A DNA stretch of 64,000 nt from contig OX337228.1 in the NCBI GenBank assembly GCA_946965045.2, positions 4,464,001 through 4,528,000 of the forward strand, written 5' to 3'. The translations under genes were made by a program, and so were the position numbers. This document shows positions 38,740 through 48,646 of this stretch, one piece after another. This DNA comes from Epithemia pelagica (lineage: Eukaryota; Protista; Bacillariophyta). The notes below the pieces were generated by a model. It made no database searches and was not told the DNA's origin. It saw nothing but the letters and a program-made list of their open reading frames with translations. Each line of letters begins with the position of its first letter. The first letter of the stretch is position 1.

Positions 38740-39697
38740 AACGGGAACATTATTAAATTTACACCTTGGACTAACAGATCACTATTCGTTGAAACCAGGA
38801 AAACCTTAAATCCTTGCATGTACCCGCTTCGTCTGATAGAGCCGTCTCATGGCTTACTTCTGCTCGAGAGAATGCCCTCAAAGATATGTAAACAACAACT
38901 TCTGACAGTCGTCTTTCGATCTAGAGGAGAAGAGAGAAGACCCCTATCTCTATTCTCTATCTATGGTACGGACTACCCGATCGTACGATAAGTCCCGCGA
39001 GCATGAGCCTTACACCATTCCCGTTCGAGAAGGTGATTGGCGGACGAAGCGAAAGCGAACGAGGAGCAAGCAAGCAGATGGGTAAGGCTCCTGTCGTATT
39101 GTTCCGTACTGCTACACCTCTGTGTCTGATTGACCGCCGGCGATTTTATTCTCGCGTGTCTCTAGATTTCTTTCTATAGTTCTACAATTTGACTACTTTA
39201 TTGAAACAGACTTACGGATCACCGACCCTGCGTACTGTGTAGTGTAGTGTACCCGTAGAAAAAAATAAGCGTCCAACAACGCGGAATGAAGAAGTGAATC
39301 AGCCCCAGAAAACGACGCACGGCTTACTCGGACCCAGTAGCAGTAGCCCTACTCCAAATAGCGCTTCGAAGTACAGGCCTCGAACCTCGAGCTGCTGTCC
39401 CCTCGTTAACACCATTCTGTATCCTATGTTCATCGTTTATTAACCATAACATCTCGACCTTAGGTTGCTTGCGAAAGAGCCTCAGCGGTACAACAGAAGC
39501 ACAACTAGGTAAGGCCATAGTCCACATGAACGTTGCCGGCGGATGCACCAATGGGTAATGGAGTTGGGGTGCAGAGCCCTCTTTGGGCTTGTGTTGTTGG
39601 CGCATCGATGCTCTCGGCTGGAAGTGGAAGGGCAATTCCCCCTGATGTTGGTTACTCGGATTTCATGCACTTTTCGTGAAACATCGAGAGTGGAAGC

Positions 39698-41288
39698 ATG
39701 ACGTTATCTGGGGATTACTCACACGCTTTCTATGCTGTCACTCCCGTAATCAGTGAAACTACCATGACAGAAGCATCCAAATCCGAGGAGGAATCTACGC
39801 CGAGTACTTTGGCTCCAAGAGCCGAGACGACATCAGCTGAATCCAAGGGAGATACAGCCAAAGAACCAGTTCCATCTGATGTTACTTCGTCTGGTGGGGG
39901 AAACCCCTCAGTACGAAGGTCTCCAGCTGCTTCCCAAGGTGCTGTTACTGGCTCGTCCCGAACGGCTAAATCGAAGAAGAAGAAGGGTGGTGCAGGGGGG
40001 TCCGCCTGTTCTGGGGAAAATACAGGACGGTGGACAGCAGAAGAGCATCGTCTTTTCCTTCAAGGTTTGGAACAGCATGGCAAGGGATGGAAGAAAATTG
40101 CGTCCTTGATTAAGTCCAGGACGGTTGTACAGATCCGAACTCACGCTCAAAAATATTTTCAGAAGTTGGCCAAAGCAAGACAGAATGGAGAGGAAGGTGA
40201 AATATCGATGGAAGGTCGCGGAGGAATTTCCACCATCACCTCCACATCCCTGTCAGTTGGGGGACATGGCTCGAAGCGGAGGCGGCAGCAAACAGGCACG
40301 AAACGCAAAGCGATTCACTCCGTCGTTTCTTCTGCGCAACGCGAAGGCAAAAAAATGGCAATGGAGCAGGATCCGTCTGGGGTGTCAAACCCTGTTCCAA
40401 GCCTTCCGTCCGTGTCGCCTGTTCTTGCCCATTTTGTTCTACCAGAGACTGTAGAGTCTGGATCAAGCAACAAGGAAAACTTGAGTTCGCGTGCCACTTC
40501 GACGACAGTCTCAGGGCCTGTGTTGGAGGACTCAATGTAAGTTCTTATCTTGTGTACCTCTGTTCTCTTTCTCGTCTCACATGCTTGATCCTTGCAGTTT
40601 TCGCTTCCTTACGCCGACTCCGGTTGTTGGGGTCGAATCGACGTTAAATGACGTCGCACGTCAAGCCGGTGCAAACCCCATCACTTTGCCAGCAGATTCT
40701 GGGGCGCCTGCCGCTGTAGGGGGAGAGATATCGCCAACGGGTGTAGCTGACCTTAGCCTTTGTCCTTCGTGGACCGATGGGAAGGATCCACCTGCTTGGT
40801 ATGCGAAAGGTGCAGACGTGGAGGCCCTTCTTGACGTTGCCGATACCTTGGACTGGCTGGCAGACTCAGGGGACTCGAACGAGACTTACCCGCCTTCATC
40901 CGCAGAGGTAGCTGCCGTTTCTGTATCCGACATCGAGCATTCGGAGGCGGCGTTTTCCGATGTGCTTTCTGTTCAAAAGGAATCACCCGAGACTCATGAT
41001 GCACCGGTTGCTGATCCGCAAATGCTGGAGGGAGATCTTCCTGAAGTCGAAGGTGCAGAAAATGTTGATCAGCAGTTACCGTCAATCTTCGATGGAGCCC
41101 CAGAGTCCAGCGATCATTTGCATGAGGAGAAACGCATTCCCCATGCTGAGAGTGCCGTCAACCTGGGAGAAGCAGCAAACCATGCTTCCATTGACGAACC
41201 CATTTTTGACACACCGATGGAAGAGCATGATTTTGTTTCTACCATTTTAGAAAATGAGAGTTCAGCCGATTTACCAGCTCTTGAGTAA
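39698..41288 (+). CDS. Single-repeat Myb transcription factor, SHAQKYF class; 2 exons
   Basis: GRWTAEEHRLFLQGLEQHGKGWKKIASLIKSRTVVQIRTHAQKYFQKL. Intron 40537-40597 joins the ORFs in frame. Start is at 39698 or 39764. Confidence 0.92.
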
Positions 41289-41626
41289 ATCTGTTGTCGC
41301 TTAGTTTCTGGAACAAGTGATGGATAATGTTTGTCCTACTAATCCTTTTTAAGGTTCCTGTACGCAAAGGCTACTACTCTAGACGATATAGGGTGAGCAT
41401 TTTAACATAGGAGTAACTAGCACAAAAGTTAATGGGAACGCAACAATGGTTGCGCCTTCGTAGCCGCTCTTTTTATTTCCTGTTGTCTTCTTCTGTGAGA
41501 AGTGAGCACCATCTATCATCTTTGTTTCTAAACAAACTTGTAAACATGCAGGCGAGCGTATGAATAACTCTATGAAACCCAACGGCCACTAAGTTTTTCT
41601 ACTAAAAGCACATCCTCATGACAAGC

Positions 41627-41684
41627 AAGAGTAACAATATAAAAAGTTTCTTGCTAAGAGTAACAATATAAAAAGTTTCTTGCT
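41627..41684 (+). repeat. 29-bp perfect tandem duplication (AAGAGTAACAATATAAAAAGTTTCTTGCT x2)
   Basis: Read directly; it lies 20 bp beyond the PIP5K stop. Confidence 0.92.
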
Positions 41685-41704
41685 TACTGATTATTCAACT
41701 GCAC

Positions 41705-44642
41705 TTATTCATTATCCCCTTTCTCACGACCTCCAAATAGTCTCCTGCGAGGTGGAGATTTGGGTGTATCAGCAGATTTATTGCTGGATGAACCCTTGGG
41801 CGTGGCTTTGGGGTCAACAATCTGCAAAGCTTGGCCAGGGGTACTTCCCGAAGTTGGGCCTGGTTTGTTTCCAGTACCACGTTGTACCTGCTTCCTTGCT
41901 GGCTCAATGACCGTCACATCGGTTAGATCCTTAGACCTGACCTTTTTCATAGGTACAGGCTCATCCAGCTTCGTAGAGACTGGACCCGACGATTTCTTTT
42001 GCCCACCAGTTCGGGAGCGACTGTCGGAGCTGTCTTTCGAACCGGTACGGTGCACATCGACACTCGTTTTGGAAGAAGCTGCTGCGGGTGTATGTACTGT
42101 CGATCGGTTTTCCACTGGTGCCACAGCGCTCTCTTCTGTAGAAAGAGCCTTGGTCGATACAAGAGCATCGGCGTCACGTCTCGACTGAGATTCGTGCAAT
42201 GACAATGTCATTTCCACACCACCTTCCGTATCCCCTCGTGACGTATACTCATCAAAGAAATCCAGGAACCTGTGCCCATATGTGGTTGGATCAACACAAC
42301 TTGCCTCAGCCTTCCCTGAAGCTTGGAACAGACGATATTGAGCTTCTACCATCTTCCGTGAGTTGTATTCTTGCAAAATATCTATGATGCCCATGTAGAA
42401 AATTTTCCCTGTATATAGCTGGTCACCATTGGGTCCCTTGTAAACAAGCGGCAACGACAATCCAGTTGTGTCCATTTCGAGACCTCCATCTTTTCGATCC
42501 GACAAGGGCGGTTCGAATCGGATAACATTGTAGCCTTGCAATGCCTCATCAAATGTGGGTTGGATGGCAAGTTTCAACATTCGGTGTCCATGAATGTCGT
42601 AAAGAGGATGAAAAGGCCAGTAGAGTTTCTCGATTGTTGCCTGTTTCTTCTGTTCTGTCTCTTCGTGAAGCCGTGTGATTTCTTTCGGGCGTTTATCAGA
42701 GCCTTTCAAATAGCTAGAGTCATCGTCATCTAATCCATCTTCAAATGCCAAGCTACCAATTTCTTCGTTTATTGATCTTCGTGAAAGCGGGGTGACCGAC
42801 TCGTCATTCTGGTCCTTCAGAGACTGACTTCTTTGCCTGGGAGTGAGAAAGCCACGCTCCTGCTTAGACTCCATGTCCGTCTTTCCCGAACTTTCCACAT
42901 CAGGTGTGGACCGACGGAAGGATTTCCGTGACGACCCTCGAAACCCAGTGGTTGCAAGTGATTGGTCTTCCGCGGGCGGAACGTGGTGAACTCCTACCAA
43001 CATACTGTAATCCATAATTCCCATTTCATCCATGAACTTCGTATCTTTTTCCAGCTGCCGTCGAACACGGGATTTGGTCTCTGGAGACAGAGCAAGTGCT
43101 TCCCCAGGGAGAATACGTCGTAAGTCGTTGTCCTTTTTCACAGCTTGTCCCTGTTTTGCATCGCGACCAACAGCCGAGCCCTTAAGATCGTAGAATGTTT
43201 GCAGGTACTTATCGGTGTAGTAAACAGAATTCATGACAACGAATTTCACGTTTCGTCGCAAGTGATAAAGCTTCACACGATACATCCCGAAGAACCGAGT
43301 TATCATCGTATTAGGATTTTCGCAACAGTGTCGAAAGTAGTCCGGGAGAATTCGTCGCAAGAATTTGGATTCAGCGTTTGTCATGGTCTTAATCATATAC
43401 CTTCCGTCACTGGAGTAAAAGAAAAATTGTCCACTCTTTGCGTTGGAAATGAACTCAATGAAATTCGCGTTTCCGCATACTGAAATAAGAAAATCAAACT
43501 CATTGATACCAGACATCCGCCTCATATAGGCAAACACCACCGGGGCATAATCTTTGAACTTGAAAGTGTGAGCCAGCTGATGCGACGGCATTCCGGTGCC
43601 ACCTTTAGGACGAAATTCATATTTTTCGGTTGTCCGATAATCTTGCGGAAGAACCCATCGTTTACTTGGACCAGAGTTGAGAACATTGTTGGTCTTGGAT
43701 ATTGACGTTCTCACTCCAATCATCACTGCAATTGACAAAGTATACAATTCGTGCTCCCCATCAATGACTTTACCTTTGGCATAAGATTTCGGTTTGTTCT
43801 CGTGACCCTTCTTCTTTTTCCTCCATCGCAGTACTTTTAACATGTCATGAGGATCAACAGCCCCAAGCACTGAAACAAAGCCAGTGAGACAAACCAACGA
43901 GGAAAGATAATAAATTCAATTGGCTTCCAAACGTACCTTTCTTTCCGGCTTCTGCAGTTCCTGCTACAACATCATCCGGCATATGGTCTTTCGCGATCGT
44001 GTGAGGTGAGGGTTGAAGTGGCTGATGCTGGTGTACATGTGTTTCATTAATTGGCGTCTCATCCTCATCCTCGTCCTCGTCGTCCGACCATTCACCACCC
44101 TGTTTCGGTGGTAACCTTGGGGGTTTCCCTTTCACAACACCGCTTTTCTGTGTTCCTGTGGCCCTCTTGACAAGTTTTCGCACCGCCTGCATGTTGACGG
44201 CACGAGCCGCTTTCCCAACTCGAGAGACTCGAACTGCAGCGGACGCTCTCAGTGCCTCCGCAGCTGGAGTTCCCTCTCCAATTGATGGCTCAATCCCCAT
44301 ATAATCAAGCTCCTCATCATCCTCGTAAGGAACATCCAATCCGGAACCTAACAAAGGAGATGCGCGTACTTGTTGAGAGGGGTCGTACTCAATTACCTCA
44401 TAAGTTCCCCACGAATCTCCGCTTGTCGCTGAAGAAACATCGGAAAAAGTTTCGGCCGTTGTGCTTCGTTTCGCATTTGCCGTCTTAGTGGGAACAGTTA
44501 TTGTTTCTTTCCCATCTTTCGACCCAGTTGAGACTCTGGCACTTGAGGCAAAACTGACTTTTCGTTGTGCATCAGAGTCTGTACTTCCGGTGGTGCTCCT
44601 AATGATCGGAATCGGCTTTAGATTCGCATCCGTCTCAGTCAT
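41705..44642 (-). CDS. Phosphatidylinositol-4-phosphate 5-kinase family protein; 2 exons
   Basis: FKFKDYAP, NAKSGQFFFYSSDGRYMIKTM, TRFFGMYRV, YDLKGS, KDNDL, IMDYSMLVGVH, YMGIIDILQEY, SCVDPTTY. Intron 43870-43936 joins the N-terminal exon (ATG 44642). Confidence 0.93.
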
Positions 44643-45329
44643 TGTCAAAAATAGTTCATCAAACTAATCTCTAAGTTCGGTTGCGGAATACCTCTTGAGA
44701 ATGATGTAATCGATGAAGGTATTCTGTTCGCGTTGCCTTTGTTCCTGGGTCCTTTACAACGAACGTCGAGCGATGATAACGCACACAACGGAAAATAGCG
44801 GCGGGACAGAGATAGAACTATGATGCACATACTCCTGCAGCAGCGTTTGATTTTTGATTTTGAGTCTGCATCTGCCGTGCTGTGTCAACAACCCAGTGGT
44901 CGACGACTATATGCGCTGAGACCATCTCAACACATCTTCTACACGTGTACAAAGTTCAACCGCTGGAAATGTTTATTCCAACGGCTCCCTCTATTTGTAC
45001 TATTGTAGGTAGAGGCAGGTAGGATTACGTAAAAGCTATCCGGATCATCCAAGAAGCAGTGGCATATCTAATCTCTAAGTTAGGGGAACTCCCAACGACC
45101 TACCAAAAGGTGTCTAAGCTTACTAATTTCATCAAGGATCAAGGGGGAAATTTACGAGACGTTTCCCTAGGATATTTGTTCCATGCATAGTTGGAATGAA
45201 TATCGTGAAAAGCTTCATGTTTTAGTGGTTTATGAATCATTGGCTCTAGGTACTCTAGGCTCCTCCGACCAAGCTCCTGTTCCAATCACAGGCATTGAAT
45301 ACTCTCTCTCCTTTGCTCAAAACCAGGTG

Positions 45330-48329
45330 TCAGTCTCCCAATGGAACATGTGAAACATACTTTCCTACAGCCAGCAGCAGATTACGCCTTGTGTACGAAA
45401 GGTCCATAACCACTGTTCGTCGAGTTGGAAAGGATTTGAAGGGAGTTCTGACTTGCTCGTTTTCAGTTGTACCAGCCTTCCGAACATCCCATACTCGAAC
45501 ACAGCAATCATCACCTCCCACCGAAAGGGCATGGCCACATGCACTGAACGACATGGAGTGAATAACGGTTTTCTCACGAATCGATGGTTTGGGTGGAGTG
45601 GAGCGCAACACAGAGATCTTTCGACCAGAACCCAGATCCCACAAATGTACAAGCCCCGAATAGTCTGCACCGGCGCAGTACCTACCGCCAGGGGAAATTT
45701 GAACAGAATTTATACCAGCACTAGCCCCGGTCAAAATGCGGACAGTCGCACCAGATTGAATATCCCAGAGCCTCGCAGTTTTATCGTCGCTTCCGGTTAT
45801 GACATAGTTGGCATTGGGGTGCCAGCCCACACAATTAACATTTGATGAAACATGGCCACTGAAAAGACGTACGGGAACGGGTCGATCAGTAGTCCACAGT
45901 CGCGCGGTTGCGTCGCCCCCTGCAGAACAGAAGTAGTACCCGCACGGAGCAAAGCTCACCGACCAAACAGGTGCGTTGGGAGCATGTCCACGGTACACCG
46001 CTTGTGCTGCACCACTTGTATATGCAACAGGTTCCCCATCACGCCATCCTCTGACGTTCGTTTCAACTTCCTTGGTCTGTTCTCGAGCTTGCTGCTTTTT
46101 CCCAGTTCGTTTTTCAAAGTTTGACGTAGAGGTCTTTGGTTTTGGTGTTGTAGTTTGTCCGAATGGACCGGTTGCTAAGGTATCCCAAAGCCTGATCGAT
46201 CCATCGCCCCCAGCACTCAACAACGCCCGTCCGTCCCGATTCCAGTTCACATCAAATACTGGGAAACCATTCTTATGTCCCACCAGAACTTGGCTCGGTT
46301 CATGACCTACTTTGTCATTATCCAGGCTGTATATTCGAATTGCAGCGTCATCGCAACCAGACGCAACCCGGCGACCCAATGAACAAATCTTAGCACAGCA
46401 TATTCCAATACCAGGTTCTTCCCATGTAGACGCTATTCCAGCGGAGGTATATCTCCCAGCGAGAGCATCACTTCCTCTTTTGCCCTTGCTTGTGACTGGA
46501 CTCAACGATGAACTAGCTGAAAGAGTGGAAAGGAGAATAGATGGCTCCAGCGGATTGGCCTGGAACCGACTTCGAATCTCGCCTTGTCTTGCACGTTTCT
46601 GCGCTGATTGAGTCAAAACTTCGTACTCACGTTTTCTTTCTATCGCTTCCAGCCGTCGAAATCCGTTCACAAGCAGAGCACGGTTGAACCCGACAACGGC
46701 CTTGTCATGCGCGGCTTCCTCTTCAGTTTCGTATTCCTCTTCCATGTGATACTTTGGGAATGGTATCTTGTCATCCGTGATGCGTGTCTCGGGTCGCGGA
46801 GCGGGCACCGCCCAGTTGATAGTATCCCTATTGATGTCGAGATCCGAGCTGCCTTCTCCATCGCCATCAAGTGTTATACAGGAAGGAGTGTAAGACAGTG
46901 GCTCTCGATTCTCTACCTGCAAAGTGCACTTTGTCTGTAGCAGGGTCGACATTGCCAATAGAGAATCGTCCCGAGAACCCAAGAAGGCCGCTAACATAGC
47001 ATAAGTGGACGTTGAAAGACTAAGAATCCAACGTGTTGCTCGAGCGCGGCGTAGAAAAGGGAGATCGTGCATTTTGTCGAACCATTGCGTGGCGCGCATG
47101 CTCATCTCCCTGTACCTAGACTGCAGAATGTAAATCTTTTTTTCACATTCCTTCACTTTTGGGTCCTTTGATACTTTGTCCTGCTGTTCTGGAGTGAGAG
47201 GCGAGTTTCCAAAGCTGTTCTGAAGATGCGCAATATATTCATCTTTCCTCAATTGGTATGAGGCAACCTGGACGAGAATGTGCTTCAATTGACCAACAGC
47301 ATCAATGTGCTGGCTGTTGTGCGCGTTAAGGCGCATCATGCTTTCCGTTGATGAGCATTGAATAAGATCCTTGAACTCGGTTGGGTACAATGCTTGATAC
47401 ACTGGAGCGAATGCATCACGCAAACCTTGCGCTGTGGACTCCATACCCACCTCCAGCAAGTCTGCATATGTGTGTACCAGAAGCGCAAAAGACACAGATA
47501 AAAGTTCAGGCTTGACAGACGGTGGCAGATTGTAAAGTCCTGCACCATCACTAGTGTCGATCGCAGTTGAAGAATTATTTACCAACACCATCGTTTTTAC
47601 AATTGACGATGCCGGCTGATCTTCGTCCTGAAGAATTGCTTGTTGCGCTCGCAAAATTGGGTTTTCATTCGGTGACTGCATCATAACATTGTCATAGTTG
47701 TGGTCATCTGAAACCAGGTATGTCGAATGATGATCCGGGAAGCTGAGAACCCACAGTTGGAAATGAATAAACGCATCCAGCATTCCTCGGGCCTCTTCAA
47801 CGCCAAGATGACGACTTTTGCGGGATGCATTGGATTCAGATATAGCAGCTGCCTCAGTATCCGGTATACCCCACTGGACGACAGGCCATGCAGAATCACG
47901 ATCGTATCCATACCCCCCTCCCGTGGTTTTTGTAAGCAAGGTTCGTTGAGCTCGAGCCTTCTCATCTTCTTCGAGAAATCGCTCTCGAGCATTCTTTTTG
48001 CCCGGACTATCCGATTCCGATTCCTTCTCATCTACCTTCTGAGATGATTCTTTGGATTCCGACGCTATATTTTTCATTAGTTCGGCCACAGCATTATGCA
48101 TTCCTTTTTGTTTCAAGTAATCAAGAACCATCTGTTCTTCATTCTCGTACTTTTTTGACTCATTTCGACTACTGTCTTCGGTGATCTGTTGGCTAGTGTT
48201 GGTGTCCTGTTTTGATGACCCACCCGTAGAATTTGAAGACAACTTTGAGCCACCTTCAGCTTCTGGCGCTTGGGTACTGCCGGAGGGTGCTCCACTTTCA
48301 CTTGATCGCTGCAAAGGACTTGGTTGCAT
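45330..48329 (-). CDS. TAF5: TFIID subunit TAF5 (LisH, NTD2, WD40 propeller)
   Basis: LisH-like EEQMVLDYLKQKGM; NTD2 KPELLSVSFALLVHTYADLL; WD repeats LVGH..PVFDVNW, YRGH...PVWSVSFAPCGYYFCSAGGDATARLW.TD, HPNANYVITGSDDKTARLWD. Confidence 0.9.
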   Translation of the reverse strand: MQPSPLQRSSESGAPSGSTQAPEAEGGSKLSSNSTGGSSKQDTNTSQQITEDSSRNESKKYENEEQMVLDYLKQKGMHNAVAELMKNIASESKESSQKVDEKESESDSPGKKNARERFLEEDEKARAQRTLLTKTTGGGYGYDRDSAWPVVQWGIPDTEAAAISESNASRKSRHLGVEEARGMLDAFIHFQLWVLSFPDHHSTYLVSDDHNYDNVMMQSPNENPILRAQQAILQDEDQPASSIVKTMVLVNNSSTAIDTSDGAGLYNLPPSVKPELLSVSFALLVHTYADLLEVGMESTAQGLRDAFAPVYQALYPTEFKDLIQCSSTESMMRLNAHNSQHIDAVGQLKHILVQVASYQLRKDEYIAHLQNSFGNSPLTPEQQDKVSKDPKVKECEKKIYILQSRYREMSMRATQWFDKMHDLPFLRRARATRWILSLSTSTYAMLAAFLGSRDDSLLAMSTLLQTKCTLQVENREPLSYTPSCITLDGDGEGSSDLDINRDTINWAVPAPRPETRITDDKIPFPKYHMEEEYETEEEAAHDKAVVGFNRALLVNGFRRLEAIERKREYEVLTQSAQKRARQGEIRSRFQANPLEPSILLSTLSASSSLSPVTSKGKRGSDALAGRYTSAGIASTWEEPGIGICCAKICSLGRRVASGCDDAAIRIYSLDNDKVGHEPSQVLVGHKNGFPVFDVNWNRDGRALLSAGGDGSIRLWDTLATGPFGQTTTPKPKTSTSNFEKRTGKKQQAREQTKEVETNVRGWRDGEPVAYTSGAAQAVYRGHAPNAPVWSVSFAPCGYYFCSAGGDATARLWTTDRPVPVRLFSGHVSSNVNCVGWHPNANYVITGSDDKTARLWDIQSGATVRILTGASAGINSVQISPGGRYCAGADYSGLVHLWDLGSGRKISVLRSTPPKPSIREKTVIHSMSFSACGHALSVGGDDCCVRVWDVRKAGTTENEQVRTPFKSFPTRRTVVMDLSYTRRNLLLAVGKYVSHVPLGD

Positions 48330-48646
48330 GGTTGCAATTTCCGCTGAGAAACTGCAGGCGGATGCAGCATGCAGCCGATGAGTGCTCTGCGATTACCCCA
48401 AACCCCAAGCAGAAGTGAGTCCCGCCTAAGTCGCTTGGGGGCTTGGGAAGCGCGACCCTAACGCTTTCAAGGGAAAGAGAAGATCAATGTGAAGGGAAAT
48501 TTCTTGATGCCATCCCAGAATACTCTCGCATTGTACCTTTGTTCGTCTGCAATCTACCATCTTCAGTTGTTTGTCGACATCGACCTTTGGAGAACAATCG
48601 CATATGAGTAGAATCTGATTTTGTGCAGAGCTAGAAGGACTCGACT

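Noticed and set aside
39005-39090. Hairpin considered as a TPP riboswitch, SRP RNA or U3 snoRNA
   Set aside because: Lacks the CUGAGA/ACCUGAU core, the SRP helix-8 motif and U3 boxes; kept only as a generic structure finding.
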